Shown: positions 1 to 12,020, counted from the whole stretch's first letter. The stretch: DNA of 63,880 nt, filler included, from Basidiobolus ranarum (GCA_040143965.1; 55 parts of 55 records of this genome joined end to end with filler, not necessarily neighbours in it), one strand, 5' to 3'. The notes: a model not told the origin generated them from the sequence alone. Program-made: numbers and translations.

Positions 1-386
1 ATTTTAATTTTCAAACTTGATAATTGGTTCCATCCAATTTTTCAGAAGAGGGAAAAGTTCCAGAAATTTGAGAAGTAGACATTACAGAGAGTGCAAGCTT
101 GGGGCTCATAGCCTGTTAAAGTATTTGGGAGCCTGTTGGAAGTGGCTTGGAGAAATAGAGAAGTTGGTGGTTTTCACTTATTGATTTATTGAGTTGAAAG
201 TTGCAAAGTTTGGAGCTTCTAGCACAAGTTTGGAAAATCAATATATCTGAGAACTTCTAAGTTGGTGTCAATGTTCTAAGTAAATTCCAATTGACAATAA
301 TGAGTAATATCTTAGTGGAATATAAGATAACTAAATACTGAGCTATATATAACTGTATAGGCGTTTAGGCTATGCTAATTTCAACA
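1..386 (-). mobile_element. Copia family A 5' end: LTR (386-114, internally deleted), PBS (113-102), gag start (ATG at 82)
   Basis: Minus strand reads TGTTGAAATT...TTTAACA then GGCTATGAGCCC then the same gag start as at 2515 and 30859. Confidence 0.85.
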
Positions 387-1068
387 GGAACAACTTGTTT
401 ATACCTAAGTTATTAACTTCATATTAACCCCTACCTTGGTATATAAAGGATATCAAGGAAGGGTCTGTTTGCCTGGTATTTATAAATCATTTGCATCATA
501 AACTTTAGTTAATTCAGATTTACATCTGATTACAAATTTAACTGTATGGAGTTTTTCCACCACAACACAAAAATGGTCATAATTTATATAATAACAAAAG
601 TAAGAAATTGAAAGGAAATCCAAGGTTTGAAGTATTTCATCAGAATTGAGAAAACTGTAAGTAAAATAAAAATAGTTTTTAGTAGCGAAGTGATTTAATA
701 AGGGTTGGGATTAGATATCAAGACAATGGTGTGACAAATCAAAGTTGTGTTTTGGAAATTGCAAGGATCGAAAAAGGGAACAAGGCCACTACTGTGGAGT
801 TATCAATTAAATAGAGGCGAATTTGTACCTAGTCTGTTACTGTAATTCAGCCCAAAATACCCCCGAGTGGTGTAGGATCTACGATATCTAAAATTGACCT
901 CCGCGGGGCAACCTTTTATAAATATGCCGTTACTAATATAGCAGATCACCAGACTTACGCCTACAACACCCGAATATTTCCTGCGCCGAAAATAAGTGTC
1001 AACTGATTTAAAAGCAATAAGGTTCATATTTCGGGATTGTAAGGGAATGATCTATATCTGGGCACCAT

Positions 1069-1168
1069 NNNNNNNNNNNNNNNNNNNNNNNNNNNNNNNN
1101 NNNNNNNNNNNNTTAATTAATTAANNNNNNNNNNNNNNNNNNNNNNNNNNNNNNNNNNNNNNNNNNNN
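1069..1168. other. Artificial contig-joining spacer (first of 54)
   Basis: 44 N + TTAATTAATTAA (stops in all six frames) + 44 N, recurring every ~1.16 kb; contig lengths fall monotonically from 1068 to 1058 bp. Confidence 0.99.
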
Positions 1169-2236
1169 TACATCATGGGAAAGGCTTGCTGCCCAATAAT
1201 TTTAATCAACTTAAATCTTCCTCCTTCTGAATGGTATAAGAGTCTTTATATTTGATGCCATCCATCATATCTGGCCTAAATCACAAGTGCTTATAAATAG
1301 CTTCTTGAAGCCTTGAGTGCAGAATTTGAATGGTTATCTAATAGGGGTCAAATGGGTGAATATTTTATAAATGCTTATATCATTATATGTATTGGTGACA
1401 CTCCTGCCATCAGTAAACTTGGAATTTTTTGTGGGCACAATGCACTATCTCACTGTAGATTTATCAAATCAATAAAGTTTACTCCTTCATGCATATGCAT
1501 TACTAATATCCAAATACAACACTAAGCTGCATGATTTTACCATCAAGAGCCCAGTAAGATTTTAACATGATCACTGATGTCAATTCACCCAATAGTCAGT
1601 CTAACATCAAACGTGGTATTAACAATAAGCCTAAGATTATATTGCTAAAGAGGATCAGCTGGAGCCAGAGCTCCCCATTAGGCACTATGCACTTAGTATT
1701 TAACAACATTCAAACACTACTTACTCAGCTACATGGTGAAAAATTCAATATGTATGAGCTATTTGAGATAGGATCAAAGTTTGAATCAATGGGCAAAATG
1801 CTAGAAAACATCAAGATACCATCATATATTACCAGGACTCCTGCAAGTATCCACTCTTCTATGCATTTATTTAAATGCAAAGACTGGAAGTATTGGATTT
1901 GTATATATTCAGGTGGAATTTTGAAAAGATTTCTGCTTGATAAGTATTGGCAACATTTGGAGTTATTTGTTAAAGTTATTAATACATTCTTATGGCATTA
2001 ACTCTCATTAGCAGATCCCAGGCACATACAGCAACTGTCCAAAGATTTTGCAATTGGATATTAAAAACTTTGCTATAGATTTAAAAAAGTGTGAGTGCAT
2101 CTATGCTGATATTCAATACCTTCGCTTGTGGAACTTTGACAATGCTTAGAGATTATAGGCCCTTGCTATACATTATGGGAGTTGCCAATGCATTTCACCT
2201 TTTGTGAATTGATGATCCAAATGAAATTGGCAGAAT
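1169..2236 (+). mobile_element. EnSpm/CACTA-type transposase pseudogene, central to C-terminal part
   Basis: NLNLPPSE, CIGDTPAISKLG, HLFKCKDWKYWICIYS motifs with stops and frameshifts; many near-identical copies in the window. Confidence 0.85.
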
Positions 2237-2336
2237 NNNNNNNNNNNNNNNNNNNNNNNNNNNNNNNNNNNNNNNNNNNNTTAATTAATTAANNNNNNNN
2301 NNNNNNNNNNNNNNNNNNNNNNNNNNNNNNNNNNNN

Positions 2337-3181
2337 CTTCATTAACACATTCTACACATTAGTTTGCTTACATCTTGACAAAACTACAAATGTCAACTGA
2401 AAACTCAATAAATGAATAAATGAAAACCTCCAATTTCTCTAATTCTCCAAGCCACTCCCAACAGGATCCCAAATACTTTAACCGGTTATGAGGCCCAAGC
2501 TTGCACTCTCTGTAATGTCTGCTTCTCAAATCTATGGAACTTTTCCCTCTTCTGAAAAATGGATGGAACTAATTATCAAGTTTGGAAAATTAAAATGAAA
2601 ATGCTGCTGCAAGAAAAAGGACTTTGGGACACTGTTGTAGGAGAAGAAAACAATGAAAAGCTATCTGAAACCAAAGCTTTACTCCAGGTTAAAAAAGAAC
2701 AAAGTGCCTTTAACACCATTTGTCTTAATGTTAAAGACAAATTGCTCATTCAATGTTCAAGAGCTAAAACTGCCAAAAAGGTATGGAAAGCCTTGGAAGA
2801 CACCTACCAAACAAGTTCTGCTGCCAAAAAGATGTTTCTAAGAAGACAATTCTCTAACTTAAATATGAAGCCAGGAGATGACATTAAATCACTAATTAAT
2901 AGTCACTATTTTAGTGGATGAAATGGAATGCATTGGAGTACTTACTACTGATCAAGATATCATAGTTACAGTCCTGAATAGCCTGCCACATGAGTTTCAG
3001 AGCCTAGTAATGGCTCTAGAAACAAGAACTGAAAACTTTGACCTTAAATTATATGTTTGGCAGACTTTGGGATGAAGATTTATGCAAATCAGGATCCAAC
3101 TAAAAGAATGAAGAAAATGCTTTAATAGGCTATGGTAAATCTTCCTATAAAGGTCAAAAGCACTTTAAGAAGAAAAGTAAC
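2337..3181 (+). mobile_element. Copia family A: LTR end, PBS (~2484-2496), degenerate gag
   Basis: DGTNYQVWKIKMKMLLQEKGLWDTV gag N-terminus; LTR matches 30487-30834. Confidence 0.88.
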
Positions 3182-3255
3182 TGTCATGATTTTAATCTTG
3201 GCATACTCATCCACTGCAAATAGAACTCCTCTGTTATTAGATTATGACATCAAAT
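3182..3255 (+). mobile_element. Gypsy LTR-D 5' stub inserted in Copia-A gag
   Basis: TGTCATGATT... matches LTR starts at 11227 and 35310. Confidence 0.8.
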
Positions 3256-3404
3256 TGTTGAAGTTTATTGTCTTTATTATATATGTTATCTCTCTCCTTA
3301 TACACCTAACTATCTCATATATGACATATAAGTTAGCTAACATTACTTAGTTAAATATCACTTAACTGAAAATCAGAACATATATTATTTATATATGTGA
3401 GTAA
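3256..3404 (+). mobile_element. Copia LTR-B 5' part inserted in LTR-D
   Basis: Starts TGTTGAAGTTT; reverse complement of the LTR end at ~9440-9590. Confidence 0.8.
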
Positions 3405-3504
3405 NNNNNNNNNNNNNNNNNNNNNNNNNNNNNNNNNNNNNNNNNNNNTTAATTAATTAANNNNNNNNNNNNNNNNNNNNNNNNNNNNNNNNNNNNNNNN
3501 NNNN

Positions 3505-4572
3505 CTTGACCATTCAAATCGGAGCCAGCAGATGCCGCTGTGGGACTACTGTTAGCAACAGTGTTAGTTGCCGTCTCATTAACATACACTCTATCGAGTG
3601 GAACATTCAAGGTCTGAGCTGCGATTTGTGCCATCTTTGTATGAATACCTTGGCCCATCTCAATACCTCCGTGGGTAAGAAGGACAGAGCCATCGGTGTA
3701 GACATGGACCAGAGCGCCTGCTTGATTGAGATGCTTAGCAGTGAATGAAATACCGAATTTGGTCGGAATGATGGCAAGTCCTCTCTTCTTGAATGTATGT
3801 GCCTGATTGAACTCATCGACCACACGACGTCTGGTGTCGTAGTTGGAGCTCACCTTGATCTTATCCCACATCATGGGGATATGCCAGTCGGTAAGCTTCT
3901 GGTTGAAGTGAGTGATTTGACCCTCTTTGTACATATTGATCTCGCGGAATTTCTCCACCGGGATGTCAAGGTGATCAGCAACCTCATGTACCCAGTTCTC
4001 GCAAATAATCATACCCTGTGGCCCACCAAATCCACGATAGGCTGTGTTCGAGTGAATGTTGGTGATGCAAGCTTTGCCCACTGTACGGACATTCGGTATC
4101 CAATAGCAATTGTCACTGTGCGACATGGCACGCTCCACAACTGCCATGGTCAAGTCAGCAGACCAACCGGCATTAGCGTACACTTTAACATCTAGAGCTT
4201 GGAGTTTACCATCCTTGTTCACTCCTACCTTCCATCTCCCAAGGAACGGGTGTCTCTGGCCAGAAATCAGCATATCTTCGTCACGGTCAAGCATGATTCG
4301 GATGGGCTTGCGAAGGTGATGTGCTGCCACTGCCAAAGGAGCCGTAAGCATCACTGTTCTACTCTCTTTGCCACCAAAGCCACCGCCAAGACGCTTAGTA
4401 CGAATGATCACTCTGCTGTCAGAGCACCCGAGTGCCTTGGCAACTACGTGCTGCGACTCGGTTGGATTCTGGGTACTACTGAAGATCTCCATCTCATCAC
4501 CTTCCTTAGGAACGGCAATTCAAGCGTTGGGTTCGAGGTAAAAGTGTTCCTGCCCTCCGATCTTGGTTTCAC
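3505..4572 (-). CDS. xdh: Xanthine dehydrogenase, molybdopterin-binding domain (partial; in-frame TGA at 4522-4520)
   Basis: GGQEHFYLE, KRLGGGFGGKE, AYRGFGGPQG, GIEMGQG, SPTAASAGSD motifs; no intron in this contig. Confidence 0.95.
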
Positions 4573-4672
4573 NNNNNNNNNNNNNNNNNNNNNNNNNNNN
4601 NNNNNNNNNNNNNNNNTTAATTAATTAANNNNNNNNNNNNNNNNNNNNNNNNNNNNNNNNNNNNNNNNNNNN

Positions 4673-4970
4673 TTGGAGCATGCTCAATCCCAATACAAGA
4701 ACTCTGCTGATAAGAAAAGAAAGCCAAGCCCAAATCTCAAGCTGGGAGATTATATTTGGCTACTCTAGTAATTGATTACAAAAGACTAGGGCCTCTTAAG
4801 ATTAATTAGCAAATCAATTCCATAGCCTTCTGCCTTGAATTCCCAGCCCATTTCAAAGTCCACAATGTATTCCATGTGTCTCTCCCAGAGCCACATGCTA
4901 GAAACACCATCCAGGGTCAATCTTTTCACCCTTCCCCAGGAATCCAAGTGGAAAAACATTTTGAATATGT
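4673..4970 (+). mobile_element. Gypsy/chromovirus integrase C-terminal fragment
   Basis: DYKRLGPLK...[11 protein letters not shown]; homologous to ~35500-35710. Confidence 0.8.
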
Positions 4971-4974
4971 TTAG

Positions 4975-5210
4975 CAATTCTTCCACTATTAGTTTGCTGG
5001 TAGAGCACATTGATGTTGTTGAGTTATCTCTAATAAGTCAAGTATGTGGATATGTAGAGACCAACCACAATGAGATTCTTGTATTTTTTGATTCTCATTA
5101 TGGCTGGAATACAAAGGCTAAAAGATCTGAATAAAGGCATGCATATTAGTTTGAATTCCTACCACAGTAAACCCAGTTATTTGCCATTTGAAAACTAGAT
5201 TTTTGCAAAA
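4975..5210 (+). mobile_element. CACTA transposase probable C-terminus and 3' flank
   Basis: Reverse complement of ~50955-51135, which runs into the CCC terminus; frame ends ...FFDSHYGWNTKAKRSE* at 5134. Confidence 0.65.
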
Positions 5211-5740
5211 AAATCCAATACTTCCAGTCTTTGCATTGGAATAAACACCTAGATGCATGGATATTGATGGGAGTCCGGGCAAAATATGATGGTATCTTGA
5301 TGTTTTCAAGCATTTTCCCAATTGATTAAAACTTTGATCCTATCTTGAATGGCTCATTCATATTGATTTTTTCACTATATAGCTGAGTAAGTAGTATTGG
5401 AATGTTGTTGAATAGTAAGTGCATAGTGCCTAATGGGAAGCTCTGGCTCCAGCTGATCCTCTTTAGCAATTAAATCTTAGGCTTTTGGCTAACACTAAGT
5501 TGGAAGTTAGACTGACTATTCGGTGAATTGATATCAGTGATCATGTTTAAATTGACCAGGCTCATGATGGCAAAATTATGACCTTCAGTGTTGTATGTGG
5601 ATAATGGTAACACAAATTTGTGTTAGAGTAAACTCCATTGATTTGACTTAATCTACAGCCAGATTGTGCCTTGTGCCCTCAACAACCTCCAAGTTTACTG
5701 ATGGCAGGAGTGTCACCATTACATACAATGATATAAGCTT
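5211..5740 (-). mobile_element. CACTA transposase pseudogene fragment
   Basis: Matches the GDTPAISKLGG...SWSQSFPLGTMH...CKDWKYW region of other copies. Confidence 0.85.
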
Positions 5741-5840
5741 NNNNNNNNNNNNNNNNNNNNNNNNNNNNNNNNNNNNNNNNNNNNTTAATTAATTAANNNN
5801 NNNNNNNNNNNNNNNNNNNNNNNNNNNNNNNNNNNNNNNN

Positions 5841-6907
5841 TTGCACCATCAAAATCCCTGGCAGAATGCAAGCCATCAATATTGTGAAGGTTCTCTGATG
5901 GTTTTGCTCTTTTGGAGGGTGGATCCAATCCGGATCAAATCAATTTTATTTTTGTTAGGGTAACATACAACATCTTGCTTTAGATTTTGTCAAATCAATG
6001 TAATTTACTCTATCAGGCATACACATTACTACTATCCAAATACCACACTACACTCCATGATTTTACCATCAAGAGCCCAGTCAGATTTCAATTCGATCAC
6101 CAATAGGAAGCCAATTTTGATTTAGATTTTGAATGCTTTTTGAATGGCATTGAAATTTTCAGATGGTAAACTGGGTGTAATGAAAATGCTTAGGAACAGC
6201 TTATAATAAACTAAAATTGCCATCCATTGTTGGAAATATCTTGTAAATCCCCGGATGACTCATCTGTGAGACCATTTCATCATCAGCTGATGATATTGAT
6301 GTGTTATACCTAAAATACCACCCTTATGTAGGAGGTGTTTTTTTTCTACAATATCCTTCTCATGCCACAAAACAAATATTTGAAGAAGCTCTGCTATTAT
6401 TGTCACAAATTCTTGTGCTATAAAAGCTGGAGGCTTCATGGAAAAAATAATTACAAGCATGGTCACTGTACAAAGCCAACAGCTGCACAAAGCATGGTGT
6501 ATAATAACAGCAATAAGTGCACTAAATTGACTTTAGTTTTGCTCAATGAGTCTACTGACAATACTTTGCCTCAGAGTTTTGGCAACACTGCCAAAAGTCA
6601 AGCTACTGTGGAGTTACCACAGCTATATGGCCAGAATGATGTAGGTAGAAATGCAACTTTGGTCAAACCAATAAGTCCAGACAACTTTGAGGACTTGCTG
6701 CTAGATGTTGACCTTAGTTATTTCAGTATCAGTGGTAGTATATCAGAAGTTGAAGAATAAGACAATGGTTTTGTTATGGACTCTTTGTTATTGGCAAACA
6801 TTAGTACACTCATAACACTTACTTTAAAGGAATCAACTTTGAATATTGAGGGGTGGAGAGTTTAATCCAATCTAAGCAACCAGGTGTTTATTGGTTTTCT
6901 TACACTT
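5841..6907. mobile_element. CACTA mosaic: terminus ending at 5960, ORF2 start (-, ATG 6150), 211-bp spacer, transposase N-terminus (+, ATG 6362)
   Basis: ...TTTTTGTTAGGG end shared with 31601 and 50746; the same divergent junction occurs at 33159/33371, 48140/48353 and 62932/63145. Confidence 0.8.
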
Positions 6908-7007
6908 NNNNNNNNNNNNNNNNNNNNNNNNNNNNNNNNNNNNNNNNNNNNTTAATTAATTAANNNNNNNNNNNNNNNNNNNNNNNNNNNNNNNNNNNNN
7001 NNNNNNN

Positions 7008-7252
7008 TTTTTGTTTTGTCATACTGTAAACAAATAGACATGTATAATGTGTTAAGGAAGGTGCTAGGAACCTGTGTGCAAAGTTTAGGGCTTCTTGGAA
7101 AAGTCTAAATATGTGAGAACTTCTGAGCTGGTGGGACTATTCTAAGTAATTTCTGATTGAGAATTGTGAGTGAAATCACAGTGAAATATAGAGTAACTAA
7201 ATACTAAGCTATATATGACAATATACATGTTTAGGTTATGCTTATTTCAACA
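7008..7252 (-). mobile_element. Copia LTR-A, partial
   Basis: Homologous to 30487-30834; ends ...ATTTCAACA on the + strand. Confidence 0.8.
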
Positions 7253-8174
7253 GACATATCATAAGTTTGGCTTTTTGATATTCATTCCTGCAAACTTTCC
7301 ATCCTCTATGGATATGTTCCCAATTGCTATTACTCTGGCACTTTTGCTGCATTTCCACGCACTTAGAATTCCTGGGAGTATGCGAACTGATATTGGATCA
7401 CAGTGTGTTTTACAGGTTATCAATTCTTGTCATAGCTCTGAACTTTAACGCACACACTGATCTTTAATTACTCTATTCGGTGAAACTTCGATCCAAAAGC
7501 TGCTGAGACAAGTCCAGTATAGCAATTGGTTGACAGTGCAGGGAATCAAGTGGCCGTATCAGATCTTGGGCTACTGCCAGTATAAGAGAACATACTCTGT
7601 AACTTTTGCGTCTCCAGACATGTGTAATTGGAGTACACACTCTCAGTGTCAGCCATTTGAAAGCCGGGAGGCTCTGGTAAGAGGAGTAATTATGACCAGA
7701 TCCACTAAGCATGAAGTACGTGTGCTTAGTACTAGTTTCACCAAGCAGAGTCCTATATAAAGAGAATGTAATGCATCAAACTAGCTCACGCTGCATACCC
7801 GAGGCATACACGACTACTGATTTTGAACTGAATCATTAATCGCCCAAGCAAAAACTTGCTATATTTAGGATATTCATGTATATATATTCCCATGACTTCA
7901 TTTCAGACCGTTGTGCCATTCACTTTAGTATTTGCTGAGAGAAATTCTTGACCTTTACTAAGCTTATAATGATCAATTATTGTTACAGGCTGCTAATCTC
8001 CGTTCATTATGGATATGGACAAAGGAATGAATCTCGAACAGGTCATGGTGGGATATGGCTCACTTGAACGTTGCNNNNNNNNNNNNNNNNNNNNNNNNNN
8101 NNNNNNNNNNNNNNNNNNTTAATTAATTAANNNNNNNNNNNNNNNNNNNNNNNNNNNNNNNNNNNNNNNNNNNN

Positions 8175-8475
8175 TTGACTGCTTCACTATGGAGAAAGAT
8201 ATATCCAGTGATAGATCTTCCGTCCTTAATATCACATCCCCAATCTGCATCCCTAAGCCCAATTAGATCCTTATTCTCCTCAGAATATGGGTATTATAAT
8301 CCCATATCAATTGTCCCCTTCAAATATCTGAAAATCCACTCAACTGCTGCTTAATGTTCAGATCCAGAGTTTTCACATGTTGGCTAAGTAGTCCCACTGC
8401 AAAAGAGATAGCTGGCTAGGCTTTAGTCATAGCATGGATCAAACTACCTACCATAGATTGATAAGGGAACTCAGG
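8175..8475 (-). mobile_element. Copia RT/RNase H junction fragment
   Basis: FPYQSMVGSL, WIFRYLKGT, DADWG motifs. Confidence 0.85.
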
Positions 8476-8559
8476 GCTTTTGAATGATATATTCGGATGA
8501 TAATTTAGCAGAAAATTTGTAATCAGTGAGTAGAGCTACATCTGAGGGATGTTGGTTTA

Positions 8560-9241
8560 ATTTTGATCAAAATAGCTGTACAATCAGCAATCAAAAAGGG
8601 AATTACATAGCTTGTTGAGCTAAGCAAATAACTTGTATAAACTTCATTATATTAGGCCACTATATGCACAAGTTGATATTGCCACAATTGAAAAGATAGA
8701 CTGGAAAATCTGGCATTGAAGATTGAGTCATCCAGGAGCTGAAAATATGAGAAATTAGTCAAAAACAAGATGGTTTTGGGACTAAATTCCATGCATCCAG
8801 CAAATCTGGAGCTATGTGAAGGTTGCCTATATGGTTGGCAACACAGACAGCCATTTGTGAGCTCCGGAATAAGCCAAATTGATCAAGAATTGGGCCTGAT
8901 ACACTCCAATTTATGTGGCCCAATGCAGACAAAGTCCTTTGGTGGAAAAAGGCACTTTATGACCTCGATGATAAGACAAAGTATACTTTGGTGCTCTTTC
9001 AGGCCAGTAAGGATGGAGCCTTTGAAATCATCAAGAAATTCAAAGCAATGATGGGGACTGAAGCAGGTCTAGATTAAAAATATCCCTACTGATGATGGTG
9101 AGCAATACACCTCAAAACTTTTCTCTAACTTCTGCTAAAGTGGCCAATTCTCCACAGCAGAATGGAGTAGCAGAACATGGAAACAGAGCAATAATGGAAA
9201 AGGCAAGATCAATGCTTCATGATCAAGATTAACCAAAACAG
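8560..9241 (+). mobile_element. Copia GAG-pre-integrase and integrase fragment
   Basis: CEGC, LIHSNLCGPMQT, PQQNGVAE motifs. Confidence 0.88.
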
Positions 9242-9341
9242 NNNNNNNNNNNNNNNNNNNNNNNNNNNNNNNNNNNNNNNNNNNNTTAATTAATTAANNN
9301 NNNNNNNNNNNNNNNNNNNNNNNNNNNNNNNNNNNNNNNNN

Positions 9342-9590
9342 CTGGGGTTGTGTTCAGAACATCTGTGGGAGTAAAATGAGCTATCTTTAGGGCAATTTGG
9401 ATGAGTTTGAAATTTCCAATATGGAATTGCTAATTCTCACATTATTCACATATATATATAAAATATGTTCTGATTTTCAGCTAAGTGATATTTGCCTAAG
9501 TAATGTTAACTAACTTATATGTGATATGTGAAATAGTTAGGTGTATAAAGATAGAGATAATAAATATGATAAAGACAATAAACTTCAACA
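9342..9590 (-). mobile_element. Copia LTR-B, 5' portion
   Basis: Overlaps ~57870-58089 and ends AAACTTCAACA. Confidence 0.8.
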
Positions 9591-9739
9591 GAATTACTGT
9601 AATAAATCAAGTATTGATGTACCTATGAGCAATTGAATATTCTTGTTCTTTATCTTTATCTGTAAAATATTATAAGATAGCAATAGATAATTTTCTTCCT
9701 ACTTATTACATGCAAGATATGATTGGAGTATTTCTAACA

Positions 9740-10408
9740 CTACAACATATGAATGTCAATGCAACAATCTAGCAGAGCAGAATATGTGTTGGACCATTAA
9801 GCCTACACAACAACCCAAAATTGCTTAGGCACATGAAAGTAGAAATATTGTAGGAAAGTTGGCAGACCTAGAGACTCTGGATGTAGGAGCTGCCATGACT
9901 AGCTCTGAAAATGAGTGCTTTAGCATTTTGGATACTATGTGGAATCTTGCTCTAAATCATCTTGATTTGAGCTAATTGTGGAAAAACCAAAAACCAGGTG
10001 TTACTTTGATGATTCCTGACTTATTTCATGTAGCATATCTTGGGTTTTTGCAAGCAAATGGCAATTGGGCTAGTACAGGCCTATTCATCAAACATCTCAA
10101 AAATGTACGCAATTATTGACTTTGAAAAGAAAAAACAGCAGCTAAAGAAGTACTCAAGGAGCAGGAAGTTAGTAAACACAGGCAAAAAGCAAAGGAGCCA
10201 GTGAGCTCAGCCTCCACTGCCCCACTTACCAAATTCCTCACACCATTATCAAGATCTGTATTTCCAGAGGCAGATATACCGGCAGAAAAGCTTAATATTA
10301 CAATGGAACCTGGTACACCAGTTGGAAGAGTGCTAAATTTGGAAGTTTATCCAACACCTCGCATCTCTCAACAAGCCAAACCAGCTGCAAATAAAACTCA
10401 TGGCTCTC
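9740..10408 (+). mobile_element. CACTA ORF2 (unknown protein), central part, pseudogenised
   Basis: NHLDLS*LWKNQKP...FLQANGNWASTGLFIKHLKNVRNY; homologous to ~15340-15800 and 63770-63880. Confidence 0.7.
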
Positions 10409-10679
10409 NNNNNNNNNNNNNNNNNNNNNNNNNNNNNNNNNNNNNNNNNNNNTTAATTAATTAANNNNNNNNNNNNNNNNNNNNNNNNNNNNNNNNNNNN
10501 NNNNNNNNCTTGATTAATTCTCAATACATCCATACTCAAAGATATCCATTGAGAGCTCTAGACTTAAGACACTATGAATAAAGCTTTCATTATCTTTTGA
10601 ATGTGCAATAATGTCTAAATGTACTTTTCTTAAACATACCACATAAGTAAAATAAACTGTTTCCAAAATGGTATATAAC

Positions 10680-10768
10680 ATCATGCCAGATAGTGCCCAA
10701 TCATGCTAATTTGTGCTGGCACACTTTTTAGCTGGCCTGATCTGGCTCAATAAAATGGAACAAGTCTA
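10680..10768. mobile_element. End of an unclassified DNA transposon
   Basis: AATGGAACAAGTCTA abuts transposase sequence; inverted match TAGACTTGTTTCATT at 25383; subterminal block shared with ~11705-11775. Confidence 0.5.
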
Positions 10769-11226
10769 ATATCATTGTATGCATGGGTGACACTCCTGCC
10801 TTCAGCAAACTTGTAGGTTTTTGTAGACACAATGCACTATCTTGCTGTAGATTTTGTCACATCAAAGGAGTCTACTCTATCAGGCATATGCATTACTACT
10901 ATCCAAGAACAAAACCAAACTCCATGATTTTACCATCAAGGCCCCAGTCAGATTTAAACATGATAACTGATATCAATTCAGCAAATGGTCAGCCTAACAT
11001 GAAACTTTATATTAGCTGTAAGCCTAAGATTATCTTGTTAAAGGGGATCAGCTGGAGCCAGAGCTTCCCATTAGGCACTATGCACTTACTATTCAACAAC
11101 ATTCCAATAATACTTACTCAGCTATGTAGTGGAAAATTTAATATGAATGAGCCATTCAAGATAGGATCAAAGTTTGAACTGATTGGGAAAATGCTTGAAA
11201 ACCTCAAGATACCATCTTATATAACC
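10769..11226 (+). mobile_element. CACTA transposase fragment
   Basis: GDTPAFSKL...HNALSCCRFC...SWSQSFPLGTMH. Confidence 0.85.
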
Positions 11227-11575
11227 TGTCATGATTCTGATCTTGGCATGCTGATCCACTGCAAATAGAACTCTTCTATTATTTGATTATGACATCATAT
11301 CTGCTGTGCCATCCCTTCTTGGCAACCTTGTGTTAGTTCATCCAGATTACCTTATATGGAAGTCATGTTCTTTGGAACTTTCCACAAAACCTAACCAATC
11401 ATGTCATCGCACACATAGTGTATTTCCACCAAGACCTTCCATGGAAGGTCACCTCATCATCCCTACATCATCCCTCTTTGTATTGGTCCTTGTCATCCCC
11501 AACACCCCAACTCTTGAACTTGCCACAGTATATTCCCTATTCAGTATATTATGTTTCACCTTGCAATATCTATAA
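11227..11575 (+). mobile_element. Gypsy LTR-D inserted in CACTA transposase
   Basis: TGTCATG start; near-identical to 35310-34971, which follows a polypurine tract. Confidence 0.85.
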
Positions 11576-12020
11576 NNNNNNNNNNNNNNNNNNNNNNNNN
11601 NNNNNNNNNNNNNNNNNNNTTAATTAATTAANNNNNNNNNNNNNNNNNNNNNNNNNNNNNNNNNNNNNNNNNNNNGGTAAATAAGATCTGGCCGCATACT
11701 GCGCTTTCATGCCAATTTGTGCTGGCACACTTTTTAGCATGACAGTTATGGATCAATAAAATGGTAGAAGACTACTGTCTCCTATTCTTTCAAGTGGGCC
11801 TTCAAGAATTTACACTTGCTAGGTTCTGCATAGTGCTGGTTAACATGGAGTTTTGCTTAGATATTCCTCAAAAATTACATATGTTCCTTGCCGTTCTTGC
11901 TGTAGATTTGTGTGCTACTATGATAAGTAGCAACCAACTAGTCTGTGAGAACTTGCTACACATAGCATCTTAAGTTTTAGTTAAGCTCTTCACTTTTGAG
12001 TATTTTCCCCAGATCACTTT

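Noticed and set aside
1069-1168. Regularly spaced TTAATTAATTAA as a CRISPR-like or biological repeat
   Set aside because: Always embedded in 44+44 N between length-sorted contigs; an assembly linker. ORFs ending in X...LIN are artefacts of it.
3506-4624. Plus-strand and alternate-frame ORFs over xdh
   Set aside because: Shadows of the real minus-strand frame.
7473-7760. Short ORFs on both strands
   Set aside because: No recognisable motif; left unannotated, as are 14008-14950, 16340-17405, 44271-45220 and 54713-55771.
9591-9739. Possible further LTR end (...TTTCTAACA)
   Set aside because: Single occurrence with no second copy or PBS to confirm it.
11306-11575. Conserved 89-aa ORF (also 34923-35231)
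   Set aside because: Lies within LTR-D; similarity reflects LTR identity and the start is GTG.
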